Positions 36,009-46,026 of a DNA stretch of 64,000 nt are shown here, in pieces. The stretch spans positions 3,238 through 67,237 of the forward strand of contig JARFQE010000096.1 in NCBI GenBank assembly GCA_029287915.1, in the 5' to 3' direction. Position numbers and translations under genes: made by a program. The notes under the pieces were generated by a model, which saw nothing but the letters and a program-made list of their open reading frames with translations, had not been told where the DNA came from and ran no database searches. This stretch comes from Arenicellales bacterium (GTDB taxonomy: Bacteria; Pseudomonadota; Gammaproteobacteria; BMS3Bbin11). How positions within the stretch are numbered: the first letter of the stretch is position 1; every line of letters begins with the position of its first letter.

Positions 36009-37598
36009 ATGATTAGTATAGACAGATATATGAAGCCTGATCTACCTGATCTAACAGTACACTCCTACAACGAAAAAGATGCAGGCAGTCCAGCTTCAAT
36101 CTCAGAACTCACCAGCTGGTTGACAGCCACTGCGACACTGCAAGTCCCAGAGCTTGAAGAAAAAGTAAAGCAATTTCACTACGTTGAGTGCAGTGATCAC
36201 CAGCGACTGGGCCTTCTGGACTGGATACGCCCATTACTAAACAATACAGCCTACGCGGTACGCGCTGCCTTTGCGGACGGCAAACTGCCGCTGCCAGTGC
36301 ATGTAATAAATCATATTGACGGCCTGGGTCGAATAAATGCCATTATGGCAGACCTGTACAAAAATACCATTATAAGCCTTGCAGCCAGGGTGCTGCAGAA
36401 CCCGGAAATGTCGCATAAGGATCGAAAATCTCTACACGAAGATTTGATTCTGGCCTGTTATGGGGCGATCAATTTTCTTTCAGAGCAATTACGTACCTGC
36501 TACGAAAGTTATCGCCCTGTCCCTGAAGGTGTCTGGCACGAAATTCATCAAGTCTATAATTACTCACACTACATCATTGATTTGAGTGGCAATAGCCCGA
36601 TTGATGAAGAGAAAATCAGAGATGAATTCTTTCTTATTGAACATATATATAAACGTAGTCTATTGCTGGGGCTATGTAATCCGTTCGATTTTCAAGTCGA
36701 TGCATTTGGTGAACTAAACAGGATGCTGAACAAATGGGCGCATCTGAGCAAGCTAGAACACAATGTTGATGCACCTGAACAAACGTGCATGTTCAGCATT
36801 GACGAAAACAGTGATTACCCGGCAGCACCTATCCTTTCTCATAACGGTGATCTGGTGACCGCTGGAGATCTATCAGTGCTAAGCACCAAAGAGCTGGTGG
36901 CCGCATTGAATGAAGAAATAAATATAGTGGCAAAGAAGGCCTTTGAAGATTCCCAGAAAAATGCGCCAGGTAAATTGCTGCTGAGAATAGAGATGTTACG
37001 GCGACTGGTCATAAACTGGGGGAAACACCCGATTCGACAGGATGTCCGTCATGAAAAAGATGGCAAATGTGAGTCTGTAGCTGGTTACAACGAGATCATG
37101 AAAAATATGAGTAGTATGCTAACCGCGGCTATAAAAAAATCGCCACTGAATGATAAAAATTGTTGCATGATTACAGATGTTAGTGAAATGGGCTATCAGC
37201 TGGAAATGGGGTCTGATTGCGCCACTCGTTTCAGAATTGGCGATATGATAGCTGTCCGTGATCAGAGTAACCTCGATAAATGGTCACTTGCGGTTGTGCG
37301 CTGGGCCAGGTATAGCGCCAGTAAAACCATCAAGCTTGGAATGTTTGTCATGGGCTGGCAGGTGGAGAGACGCAGGCTTAAAGTAGCACCATCTTCTGAT
37401 GTGACTATAGTTGTGATGTCAATTCTTGGAGAGTCTAATTTCCAGAGTAAAAAGAAGATATTGCTGGTTCCGGCGAGTATATATCGTCCAGGGAAAGTGA
37501 TGGAATTGATCGGTGAGGAAAATCAGCGCATCAAGGCAAAAAACCTTATCATGTCAGGTGCGGATTTTGATGTTATTGATTACAAGCTGTTAAGTTAG
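36009..37598 (+). CDS. Hypothetical 529-aa protein with a C-terminal PilZ-like domain (possible c-di-GMP binding)
   Basis: 'RQDVR' (RxxxR), and about 45 aa later 'DVSEMG' (DxSxxG), are followed by a beta-rich tail (RFRIGDMIAVRD…LAVVRWAR…KLGMFVMG). The spacing is longer than in canonical PilZ. The N-terminal roughly 380 aa show no recognisable family. The gene is AT-rich. Confidence 0.5.
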   Translation: MISIDRYMKPDLPDLTVHSYNEKDAGSPASISELTSWLTATATLQVPELEEKVKQFHYVECSDHQRLGLLDWIRPLLNNTAYAVRAAFADGKLPLPVHVINHIDGLGRINAIMADLYKNTIISLAARVLQNPEMSHKDRKSLHEDLILACYGAINFLSEQLRTCYESYRPVPEGVWHEIHQVYNYSHYIIDLSGNSPIDEEKIRDEFFLIEHIYKRSLLLGLCNPFDFQVDAFGELNRMLNKWAHLSKLEHNVDAPEQTCMFSIDENSDYPAAPILSHNGDLVTAGDLSVLSTKELVAALNEEINIVAKKAFEDSQKNAPGKLLLRIEMLRRLVINWGKHPIRQDVRHEKDGKCESVAGYNEIMKNMSSMLTAAIKKSPLNDKNCCMITDVSEMGYQLEMGSDCATRFRIGDMIAVRDQSNLDKWSLAVVRWARYSASKTIKLGMFVMGWQVERRRLKVAPSSDVTIVVMSILGESNFQSKKKILLVPASIYRPGKVMELIGEENQRIKAKNLIMSGADFDVIDYKLLS

Positions 37599-37699
37599 GT
37601 TGTCTTTTTCTTTTTGCCTGAACTTTATAGGAAATTAATTAATAAGATAAGACAACCGACATACACCCATGAAAGACCAAACCTTCAGCATAAATCCAG

Positions 37700-38461
37700 C
37701 TAACGATTCCTCCGCACACGCAAAGCAGCACCTTTTACTTTACTGGTAAGAAGATAGATATAAGCAGGTACTACAGTTTCTGCTTCAGGAACACTGCCAG
37801 GATCCTCACCAGGGAAAATTCGTGCGCGCAATAATGATCTTACCGGCCCTGTGTCGAGGGTATTGATGCGAATCGATGTGTTGGTTTCAAGTTCATCAGA
37901 CCATATCTGCGCAAGGCCCTCCAGCGCGAAGCCGGAAATACTATAAGCTCCCCAGTAGGCCTTGCCCTGTCGCGCCACGTCTGTACTGCTGAAGACAACA
38001 CAGGCATCTTCAGCTTCACGTAGCAAGCTAAGACAACAGCGTGTCAGCATATACGGCGCACTGAAATTCACCAGCAGGGCCTTGTTCAACATATCCATTG
38101 GGTATTGTGCCAGTGGGGTCAGCGTTCCAGGCTCTACAGCACAGTGAATAATACCATCAAGGCGGCCGAATTCATCTTTTACCAGCTCTGCCATTTCTTC
38201 GTACTGCGGCATACCGGCTGAGGCCAGATCCAGTTCAAGTTTGATGGGCTCAGCACCACCATTTTCGGTAATCCTGTCGTAGGTGGCATCCAGTCCGTGG
38301 CTATTCCTATCAACAAGAATAACAGTGGCTCCACTTATCCCCAGCGCAACAGCTACAGCACTGCCAATAGCTCCTGCAGCACCTGTAATCAGATAAACAT
38401 GTTCTTTTAGAACATCAGATGTCGATGGGAAATCTGTGACATTAATATTGGTGATATTCAT
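37700..38461 (-). CDS. yciK: SDR-family oxidoreductase, YciK-like
   Basis: TGAAGAIG (Rossmann), catalytic YxxxK (YWGAYSISGFALEG), and YciK-like length are present. ATG at 38461; the caller's upstream codon is a TTG. Confidence 0.8.
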   Translation of the reverse strand: MNITNINVTDFPSTSDVLKEHVYLITGAAGAIGSAVAVALGISGATVILVDRNSHGLDATYDRITENGGAEPIKLELDLASAGMPQYEEMAELVKDEFGRLDGIIHCAVEPGTLTPLAQYPMDMLNKALLVNFSAPYMLTRCCLSLLREAEDACVVFSSTDVARQGKAYWGAYSISGFALEGLAQIWSDELETNTSIRINTLDTGPVRSLLRARIFPGEDPGSVPEAETVVPAYIYLLTSKVKGAALRVRRNR

Positions 38462-38489
38462 TGGCTTTAGTTTCAAGGTTCAGGTTCAA

Positions 38490-38520
38490 AATCTATTTAC
38501 CCCGAAGGGCCTTCGGGTCA
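38490..38520 (-). terminator. Short GC hairpin (cccgaag-ggc-cttcggg) between rmuC and the SDR gene. Possible weak terminator or attenuator.
   Basis: A 7-bp stem is present. The minus-strand downstream tract GTAAATAGATTTT is only moderately U-rich. Confidence 0.3.
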
Positions 38521-38527
38521 TAGCATG

Positions 38528-39811
38528 TCAACTGCTGTCTTTCGATATCGTTTGCTCAAGCTGTCGCGTACTTTTCTCTGTTTGTTCCGGAGTTTCTATC
38601 TTTTTGCTCGGCTTAATTCCCATCTCGCAAAATTTGCTGGCGCCCGGGATTAGTTTGCTCTGAAATGAACCAACAGCTTTGTTGTAGTGGGTGACGCTAT
38701 TATCCAGGCTACGACCGACCTTTGCCAGGTGCTCGCTGAAGATCGCCAGTCGGTGATACATTTGTTCACCCAGGGTACGAATTATCTCGGCATTTTCAGT
38801 CAATGATTCCTGTCGCCAGCCATAGGCAATGGCACGCAATAACGCCATCAGGCTAGTTGGTGTGGAAAGAATTACTTTCTTGCTCATGGCCGATTCAAGT
38901 AGCCCAGGGTCCTGATCCAGCGCAGCCGCCAGAAATTGGTCGCCCGGGATGAACAGGATGACAAAATCAGGTGCATTTTTGAACTGCCCCCAGTAGGCCT
39001 TGGTGGAGAGTTCCCTGACCCGATCACGCACATTCATCATGTGGCGACCAAGAAATTCAGCACGTTGTTTTTCATCCGTAGTTTCTACCGCACTGAGATA
39101 GGCATCAAGCGGTGTTTTGACATCGACGACCACCTCACGATTGCCAGGCATGCGTACTAGCAAGTCGGGTCGAATAGCGGCTTCGCCAATTTTTGTATGC
39201 TCCTGTTGGTAGAAATCACAGTGTTCAACCATGCCGGCCAGTTCGACCAGTCTTTTCAGGGTTATTTCACCCCATTGTCCACGCACCTCTGGTCGACGCA
39301 GTGCCTGTACTAAATTACGTGTTTCACCCTGTAGGTGTCGCTGGCTTTCGGCCAGTGATTTAATTTGCTGAGACAGCGCACCATAGGCCTGATGTCGGGC
39401 TTTTTCCATCAACTGTACCTGACGTTCGGTCTTGTCCAGTGCCTCCCGAATCGGTTTAACCATATTTTGCATAGATTGTTCGCGCTGCTGCAGACTGGCT
39501 TCGGCACCACGCTGAAATTTACCGAGGTTTTCCATCGCCAGGTTGATGAATGCCTGGTGGTTCTTTTGCAGTGCGTCAGTGGAAAGATTGGCAAAACGCT
39601 GTTCCATGTCTTCAAGCGCACGCTCGGTGGCGGAGTGTTCCATGCGCAGGCGGGTCTGCATGCGGATCATGCGTTTATCATGGTATAGATAAGTAATGAG
39701 CCAGCTAAGCAGGGCGGCTATAAGTGCAGAAATAGCGGCAAGTATCAGAGCTTCTTCACTAAAACTGACAATCTGACCGGAGATGCCGATACTAACAACC
39801 GGATCAGACAC
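38528..39811 (-). CDS. rmuC: DNA recombination protein RmuC
   Basis: An N-terminal TM segment, long coiled-coil and C-terminal RmuC nuclease-like region (VDVKTPL, ILFIPGDQF) are present. The protein is 427 aa. Confidence 0.9.
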   Translation of the reverse strand: MSDPVVSIGISGQIVSFSEEALILAAISALIAALLSWLITYLYHDKRMIRMQTRLRMEHSATERALEDMEQRFANLSTDALQKNHQAFINLAMENLGKFQRGAEASLQQREQSMQNMVKPIREALDKTERQVQLMEKARHQAYGALSQQIKSLAESQRHLQGETRNLVQALRRPEVRGQWGEITLKRLVELAGMVEHCDFYQQEHTKIGEAAIRPDLLVRMPGNREVVVDVKTPLDAYLSAVETTDEKQRAEFLGRHMMNVRDRVRELSTKAYWGQFKNAPDFVILFIPGDQFLAAALDQDPGLLESAMSKKVILSTPTSLMALLRAIAYGWRQESLTENAEIIRTLGEQMYHRLAIFSEHLAKVGRSLDNSVTHYNKAVGSFQSKLIPGASKFCEMGIKPSKKIETPEQTEKSTRQLEQTISKDSS

Positions 39812-40478
39812 GCTGTTCTATCCACTCTATCAGCCCAGCAGGGTGGTCAATGCTGCCATCAGCCTGCCAAAGATTCGGATCATCATTTTCTTCTATGTAA
39901 CCGTATCGGGCGATCAGGGTCTGCATTCCCGCGCCTTTACCTGCCTTGATATCGCGTTCGGCATCACCCACGTAGACACATTCAGCGGCTTTACTGCCGG
40001 CAAGTTCTGCGGCATAAAACATTGGTGCAGGATCAGGTTTACTTGTCGGCAGAGTGTCTCCACTAACGATACATGCACATCGATGCTCAAGGGAAAGTTC
40101 CTGCATTAACGGTTTTGTCAGAAAATCCGGTTTATTGGTCACTACCCCCCATGTCAGCTTCCTTTTTTCAATGAAATCCAGCACTTCATCCATACCCTCA
40201 AACAACTTCGATTGATAGCACAGATGATTTCTGTAGATTTGTAGAAATTCCTGTCGTAATCCAGCAAATTCGGGGTCTGATTTTGTCAGTCCAAAAGCAA
40301 ACCCGAGCATACCAATAGTGCCATGAGAAACGTAGGGACGAATGCTCTCCAGACTTATTATTGGCAGCTGGTGATTTATCAGTAATCTATTCAGTGTCTC
40401 TGACAAATCAGGTGCGGTATCCACCAGTGTCCCATCGAGGTCGAACAGCACTGTTTTTATTGGGACAGGGTGACTCAT
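39804..40478 (-). CDS. HAD-IA phosphatase of the phosphoglycolate phosphatase family (Gph/MupP-like)
   Basis: 'VLFDLDGTLVDTAPDL', 'VVTNKP' and 'YVGDAERDIKAGKGAG' are present. At 224 aa, and placed immediately downstream of ubiG as in Pseudomonas (ubiG-mupP), MupP-like is favoured. It overlaps the rmuC start by 8 nt. Confidence 0.85.
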   Translation of the reverse strand: MSHPVPIKTVLFDLDGTLVDTAPDLSETLNRLLINHQLPIISLESIRPYVSHGTIGMLGFAFGLTKSDPEFAGLRQEFLQIYRNHLCYQSKLFEGMDEVLDFIEKRKLTWGVVTNKPDFLTKPLMQELSLEHRCACIVSGDTLPTSKPDPAPMFYAAELAGSKAAECVYVGDAERDIKAGKGAGMQTLIARYGYIEENDDPNLWQADGSIDHPAGLIEWIEQRV

Positions 40479-40528
40479 GCTAGATACGTTTGTTCCAAAT
40501 CAGGCAGCTTGACCAGCCTGGCGCTTAT

Positions 40529-41233
40529 TCATGCAAGACAGCTCAGCAGGTAATTTACATCGACTCCAGGGCCCAGAGTATATCGACGGGTGAAAGGATT
40601 GTAATGCATGCCTGTCATAGCTCCAGTCTCGAGGCCTGCTGCACGGCACCAGCTCGCCAGTTCAGAAGGACGAATGAATTTGGCAAATTCATGGGTTCCT
40701 TTGGGCAGTAGGTTGAGAATATATTCCGCACCGACGATTGCCATAGCAAATGATTTTGGATTTCGGTTAATGGTTGAAAAAAAGGTCATGCCGCCTGGTT
40801 TAACCAGTTTTGCACAGGCCTGGATTACGGAAGCTGGGTCAGGAACATGTTCCAGCATTTCCATGCAGGTGACGATATCGTACTCCCCGGCATGTTTGTC
40901 AGCCATGTCTTCAGGGGTAATTTGTTGATAGTCGACCTGCTGGCCAGTTTCTTTCAGATGTAATTTGGCCACCTGCAATGGGGTGGGCGCCATATCTATG
41001 CCTGTTACATTGGCACCCATTGCCGCCATGCTTTCTGAAAGGATGCCACCACCACAGCCGATATCGATGACATTTTTTCCAGCCAGTGGTGCCTGATTAT
41101 TGATCCACTCCAGGCGTAGCGGATTGATCTCATGCAATGGCCTGAATTCACTCTCCGGATCCCACCAGCGACTGGCCAGCTGATCGAATTTTCCAATTTC
41201 AGCATGGTCGATATTAAATGTGTCTGTGGTCAT
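40529..41233 (-). CDS. ubiG: Bifunctional 3-demethylubiquinol 3-O-methyltransferase / 2-polyprenyl-6-hydroxyphenol methylase
   Basis: The protein is colinear with UbiG ([48 protein letters not shown]). Confidence 0.95.
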   Translation of the reverse strand: MTTDTFNIDHAEIGKFDQLASRWWDPESEFRPLHEINPLRLEWINNQAPLAGKNVIDIGCGGGILSESMAAMGANVTGIDMAPTPLQVAKLHLKETGQQVDYQQITPEDMADKHAGEYDIVTCMEMLEHVPDPASVIQACAKLVKPGGMTFFSTINRNPKSFAMAIVGAEYILNLLPKGTHEFAKFIRPSELASWCRAAGLETGAMTGMHYNPFTRRYTLGPGVDVNYLLSCLA

Positions 41234-41425
41234 AGTCCTGCCTGTTTGAAACAGCTGTACTCAATAGACAGTATATTAACAGGAAAGTGGCCGCTCAACT
41301 AACAGCAGTACTCCTGCAGGACTATAAAACGCTGAAGTCACGCAAAGCCGCAAAGCTCATAAAAGACAATTCGTTTCTGTGTCTTTTCGAAAGGTATATT
41401 GATTTTACTTCTTCAGGTGTTGTGG

Positions 41426-42739
41426 TCAGGAACTGAGTTTTTGTTGCCAGCCTCTGGCACGCTGTAGACAGTTTCCAATATCAAGTTGGGTTAACTGATG
41501 TTTTTCTACCAGCTGATTGCCGGCTACCCATACATCAGATACCTGCTGACGACTGGCAGCATAGATGACCTGTGAAATCGGATCATAGACTGGCTGACAG
41601 GCTGGATGGGAGAGGTCAATTGCTGTCATATCGGCCCATTTGCCTACCTCCAGCGAGCCAGTAACCTCAGCCAGACCCAGTGCTTTTGCACCGTTCAGAG
41701 TAGCCATTTCCAGTGCCTGGTATGCAGGCAGAGATTGTGGGTCGTGTGACACAGCTTTTGCCAGCAGAGCCGTGCTGCGCATTTCTTCCATCATGTCCAG
41801 ATCATTGTTGCTGGCAGCGCCGTCTGTGCCGATGCCAACATTGATGCCTTTGTCCAACAGTCTGGGGAGCGGGCAAAAGCCATTGGCCAGTTTCATGTTC
41901 GATTGTGGGCAATGCACTGCATTGATGCCATGTTCGGCAAGTAAATCAATTTCATCATCAAGCATGTGAACAAGGTGAACGGCAAGCAGGTTGGGGCCAA
42001 GAAGATTGATATCTTGAAGGCGTGCAATCGGGCGTTTGCCGAACTTCTCGATGGAATGCCTGATCTCATTGTCTGTTTCATGTAGATGGATATGTACGGG
42101 CAGGTCCAGCTCATCTGACAGCATACGGACTTTTTCCAGTGCCTGGCGGGAAACAGTATATGGGGAGTGAGGTGCCAGCGCAGCTGTAACCAGTTCGACA
42201 TGGCGCAGGTCGTCAAACAAAGCCAGACCCTTATCAAGATATTCATCAGCATTTGCTGCCCAGGGTGTGGGAAAGTCAAGCACAATAAGGCCCGTTACCG
42301 CTCGCATGCCGAGGCGATCAGCAGTACGGGCCATCACATCGGGAAAGAAATACATATCATTGAAACAGGTCGTGCCGCCTAGCAGCATCTCGGCGATAGC
42401 CAGTTCAACACCATCCTCAATAAATTGCTGATTAACCCATTTCTGTTCAGCTGGCCAGATATAATTATTCAGCCAGTCCATCAGTGGCTTGTCGTCCGCC
42501 AGACCACGCATCAGGCTCATCGCCGCATGGGTATGAGTATTGATCAAGCCCGGGATCAGGACATGGTTTTCCAGCGGCATGTGCTTTGTAGCGATATATC
42601 GATTACTGATTGCAGCCGTTGGCAGGATATCGATGATCATACCCTGGTTAACAACCAGGCTGTGATCCTGTAGACAGGTTTCTTTTGGTACGACAGGCAC
42701 CAGCCATTTTGGCGTAAGGATGAGATCTATTGTATCCAT
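41426..42739 (-). CDS. mtaD: 5-methylthioadenosine/S-adenosylhomocysteine deaminase (amidohydrolase, TRZ/ATZ family)
   Basis: 'LIPGLINTHTHAAMSLMRGLADD', 'HLHET' and 'GTDGAASNN' are present. It is adjacent to ubiG as in pseudomonads. Confidence 0.9.
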   Translation of the reverse strand: MDTIDLILTPKWLVPVVPKETCLQDHSLVVNQGMIIDILPTAAISNRYIATKHMPLENHVLIPGLINTHTHAAMSLMRGLADDKPLMDWLNNYIWPAEQKWVNQQFIEDGVELAIAEMLLGGTTCFNDMYFFPDVMARTADRLGMRAVTGLIVLDFPTPWAANADEYLDKGLALFDDLRHVELVTAALAPHSPYTVSRQALEKVRMLSDELDLPVHIHLHETDNEIRHSIEKFGKRPIARLQDINLLGPNLLAVHLVHMLDDEIDLLAEHGINAVHCPQSNMKLANGFCPLPRLLDKGINVGIGTDGAASNNDLDMMEEMRSTALLAKAVSHDPQSLPAYQALEMATLNGAKALGLAEVTGSLEVGKWADMTAIDLSHPACQPVYDPISQVIYAASRQQVSDVWVAGNQLVEKHQLTQLDIGNCLQRARGWQQKLSS

Positions 42740-42893
42740 TTAAAAGAGAATAGTTTATCGTGGTTAGATGAGAGTACCTTTGATGAGTCAATCAGGCAAG
42801 GCATAGAGTTTAAGTGCCGGGCTCCAGGTTCAAGGCCATGTGTTGAAGAACGCGGGTCGGTAGCAAACACTTTGCGATTCGGATTGTTTCGTT

Positions 42894-43841
42894 TTAGTCG
42901 GTAGATTTAAGCTTGATGATCTTTCTGTTTTTATCCATCTCGAACAGGTAATCTACCTTGCCAGGCAGCGTATCGAGCAGGTGTTCAGTGATGCGCTGGT
43001 AGTGTTGTATAAAGCGCTCAACCCCACTTTCATCCATGACCTGGTTATCGCCTGTACCTGAAGTTGAGTCTGACAATGAATTTCTGAGCTTGTTCTCCTG
43101 TTCCAGACGCCATTGATAGACACAGTCGAAGGAGGGGGCTTTCAGCATGATCCATATATCAATCATGTTGAATAAATCCTGATAAAGTCCCCCAAGCTGC
43201 CGGTTGACATAATTTCTCCAGATGGCATCAGGATCTTCTTCTTTTTCCAGCTTATTGATGGGTTCCAGTAGATCTTCTTCTGGCTGTTGTTCAGCACCGA
43301 GACACCAGCCTTCCAGAATAATTATATCGGCACTCGTAGATATCTGATCCCAGTTTTGTTCTGCAACACGGTCATCAGTTGCCTTATCAAAGCGCGGAAT
43401 GAATGTAGTGCCGGCAACATCACAGAGACTATGTATGATATTCATTGCCAGGCCAACATCATGAGTACCGGGTACGCCTCGCGTTGCTAGCAACGGATGT
43501 ACGCTTTTTGATAGCACCTCTCGTTGCTGACGGGTAAGATAAAAATCATCAATCGAAAGCACAACGACATTCAGCTGATATTTTTTACTGAATAAATATG
43601 CAAGCAAATCGGCCAGCGTACTTTTACCTGATCCCTGCGCTCCATTGATCCCTAAAATTGTCGTTTTGCTGGATTTCTTTTGTTTTTCTCCAATAGCCTT
43701 TGCCAGCGGAAAAAACCAGCGCTTTGCTTCATCGACATAGAGCTGCGGGAGTTGGTGCTGGCTTATGAAATCATGCAGTTCTGTTGTTTGTATTATTTGT
43801 TCTTTATCCAACTTGAGGTTTCCATTGATGACGGCCATCAT
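42894..43841 (-). CDS. P-loop kinase resembling plant/cyanobacterial-type D-glycerate 3-kinase (GLYK)
   Basis: 'LGINGAQGSGKSTLA…VVLSIDDFYLT…ATRGVPGTHDV…IPRFDKA…IILEGWCLG…YQWRLEQE' tracks the GLYK signature blocks. The start is moved to MMAVING to avoid overlap with the divergent GATase gene. Confidence 0.7.
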   Translation of the reverse strand: MMAVINGNLKLDKEQIIQTTELHDFISQHQLPQLYVDEAKRWFFPLAKAIGEKQKKSSKTTILGINGAQGSGKSTLADLLAYLFSKKYQLNVVVLSIDDFYLTRQQREVLSKSVHPLLATRGVPGTHDVGLAMNIIHSLCDVAGTTFIPRFDKATDDRVAEQNWDQISTSADIIILEGWCLGAEQQPEEDLLEPINKLEKEEDPDAIWRNYVNRQLGGLYQDLFNMIDIWIMLKAPSFDCVYQWRLEQENKLRNSLSDSTSGTGDNQVMDESGVERFIQHYQRITEHLLDTLPGKVDYLFEMDKNRKIIKLKSTD

Positions 43842-43907
43842 AGCCTTTAAATGACTTGTTAATACTTTACATCTTTTCTTGAAATTGATTAACCGGGTAA
43901 ACCAAAT

Positions 43908-44633
43908 ATGCGCGTTCATATTCTTCAACATGTAGCCTTCGAAGGGCCTGCAGCAATAGAAAAATGGCTCATAGACAGGAACTATACATTTACAATCACG
44001 AAGTTTTTCCAGCGTGACTCGCTACCAGCACAAGATGATTTTGATGTACTTATCGTAATGGGTGGTCCGATGGGGGTGGAAGATTGCCAGCAATATCCAT
44101 GGCTGGTTGAAGAAAGACAGTTCATTCAGGAATCGATCAAAAGGGACAAATATATCCTGGGTATCTGTCTCGGTGCACAATTGATTGCTCGTGCCTGCGG
44201 TGCAAGGGTAACTAAAAACAAATACAGGGAGATAGGCTGGTTTGATATCTCAATAATAGAGGAGAACCTGCCAGAAATACTAAAGGGTGTTTTTCCGGAA
44301 AACACGGAAGTTTTCCACTGGCATGGTGATATCTTTGAAATACCACAGGGAGCGATACATTTTGCTGCAAGCGAAGCCTGTGCTTATCAGGGTTTCGTAC
44401 TTAATGGCAGGGTGATAGCTTTGCAGTTTCATATAGAAACTACAAAGGATTCTGCTGCTTTGCTCGTGCAAAATTGTAGACATGAGCTCGATAGCTCAAG
44501 CTATGTGCAATCAGAAGAACAAATCCTTGCTGATTCAACAAGCTTTAACAGGATAAACCAGATGTCGTCCAGATTGATGGAGAATATTGCAGAAACTTAT
44601 ACTTCTCCCACTTCAGGAAATAAAATCGATTGA
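43908..44633 (+). CDS. Class I glutamine amidotransferase-like protein
   Basis: The nucleophile elbow 'GICLGAQL', a downstream 'FHWHGD' and a GATase1 fold length are present. Confidence 0.85.
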   Translation: MRVHILQHVAFEGPAAIEKWLIDRNYTFTITKFFQRDSLPAQDDFDVLIVMGGPMGVEDCQQYPWLVEERQFIQESIKRDKYILGICLGAQLIARACGARVTKNKYREIGWFDISIIEENLPEILKGVFPENTEVFHWHGDIFEIPQGAIHFAASEACAYQGFVLNGRVIALQFHIETTKDSAALLVQNCRHELDSSSYVQSEEQILADSTSFNRINQMSSRLMENIAETYTSPTSGNKID

Positions 44634-44856
44634 TGCCTGGTTGACCACCGCTAAGCATTCCATAGCAGAGAAATCAATGCATGATGAAATTGTTTAATTT
44701 TATAACGACGGGCCAGTCTACCGTGAAGAATAGAAGGAGATATCAATCCCCCGAGAAACGAATCACTGTACTATTACCTGCTTCTCGGGAAATCGTTAAA
44801 CACCTGAATTTAATGTGAAAGATTCAATAAAGATTCAATATAGTGTCGGCAGTCAG

Positions 44857-45327
44857 CTAGTGAACATGTCCATGAGATACTTCTTCCTCTGTGGCTTCCC
44901 TGACACTGACTATTTCTACATCAAAATTCAGCGTGACACCGGCTAATGGGTGATTGGCATCAATGGTGACTTCTTCACCTTCGACGCTCTGCACGACTAT
45001 GTGCTGTACGGTGCCGTCCGCTGCCTGTGCCTGAAATGACATCCCGGGCTCCACAGATTCTATTCCCTGAAAGGCGGCCTTTTCGACAACCTGTATCAGC
45101 TCTGACATGACTTCTCCATAAGCCTCGGCAGGTTCAACCTTCACCTGTTCAGTATCACCAGCTACTTTTCCTACCAACGCCTTCTCCAGGCCGGGAATAA
45201 TATTTCCCGCACCGTGCAAATAAGTCAATGGCTCAGCACCTTCTGAGCTATCGAGTACATTTCCTTCGTCATCAGTTAGTGTGTAATGCATGCTTACAAC
45301 TAAATTATCACCTATCAATAAAGACAT
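44857..45327 (-). CDS. slyD: FKBP-type peptidyl-prolyl isomerase SlyD
   Basis: It is colinear with SlyD (LVVS..Y.L…YLHG.G..I.GLE.AL.G…EVVAIREATEEE..HGHVHG-like C-terminus). AGGAG RBS lies 5 nt upstream of the ATG at 45327. Confidence 0.9.
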   Translation of the reverse strand: MSLLIGDNLVVSMHYTLTDDEGNVLDSSEGAEPLTYLHGAGNIIPGLEKALVGKVAGDTEQVKVEPAEAYGEVMSELIQVVEKAAFQGIESVEPGMSFQAQAADGTVQHIVVQSVEGEEVTIDANHPLAGVTLNFDVEIVSVREATEEEVSHGHVH

Positions 45328-45536
45328 AGAATCTCCTGGTTCTGTTATGTCATTCAATCTAAATTTATCGGAGTTACAGGGTTACAACATACATTTTCTT
45401 GCACCTAAATGCCAATATTTTCTCTAAATTGAATTCCCATTAGCCCCTTTTTAACTTTTAACACCGCTTTTGTGTCACTGATGTCTGCAAAATTTATTAG
45501 GTGCCTGTCAATTTCCGCGAATAAATTATTGCACTC

Positions 45537-45564
45537 CATATCTTGTGGAACATATCTTGTGGAA
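45537..45564. repeat. Perfect 14-bp tandem direct repeat (CATATCTTGTGGAA x2) in the slyD/FMN-reductase intergenic region
   Basis: Seen directly. It lies about 210 bp upstream of the slyD start, on the opposite strand. Confidence 0.6.
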
Positions 45565-45756
45565 GATGAACAGAATCCAGATTTATAAAAAACGTAATCT
45601 AAATATTGGATGGGATGGTCAGATGATAGAAATTTTTAGAGAACCTTATTTACCCTGATAAATGGTTTGCCTTTTACATCTTGCGCCGGCTGATGACTAC
45701 TGAACCCGTTTAAAGTTGGTTGATATGCCATTTTCAAAAAATTCTTTTTATTGAAT

Positions 45757-45774
45757 TAATACCTCGAGGTATTA
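45757..45774. promoter_or_regulatory. Perfect 18-bp palindrome TAATACCTCGAGGTATTA. Candidate dimeric transcription-factor operator.
   Basis: Seen directly. It lies about 250 bp upstream of the FMN-reductase ATG, within a roughly 670-bp non-coding region. Confidence 0.4.
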
Positions 45775-46026
45775 CGGGTTATTGGTTTTATTTGAGTCTC
45801 AGATGCTAGAATTCAATGCAGTTTAAATCATCTAACCCTCAGTTAAAGAAGGAAATATCAGGGTGGAGAAGAAAATAAACAAGCTGTTCAGATTGCGACT
45901 GCGATCAAACTGCAAAAAAAATTCTGCTGTCTGCAAGTAAGTGATCCAAATAATGATAGTTATAAGCTGCCTTGAGAAAATCTTCCGGTGTTTTCGCCGG
46001 CAGCGGAACAAAAGGAATGATTCTAG

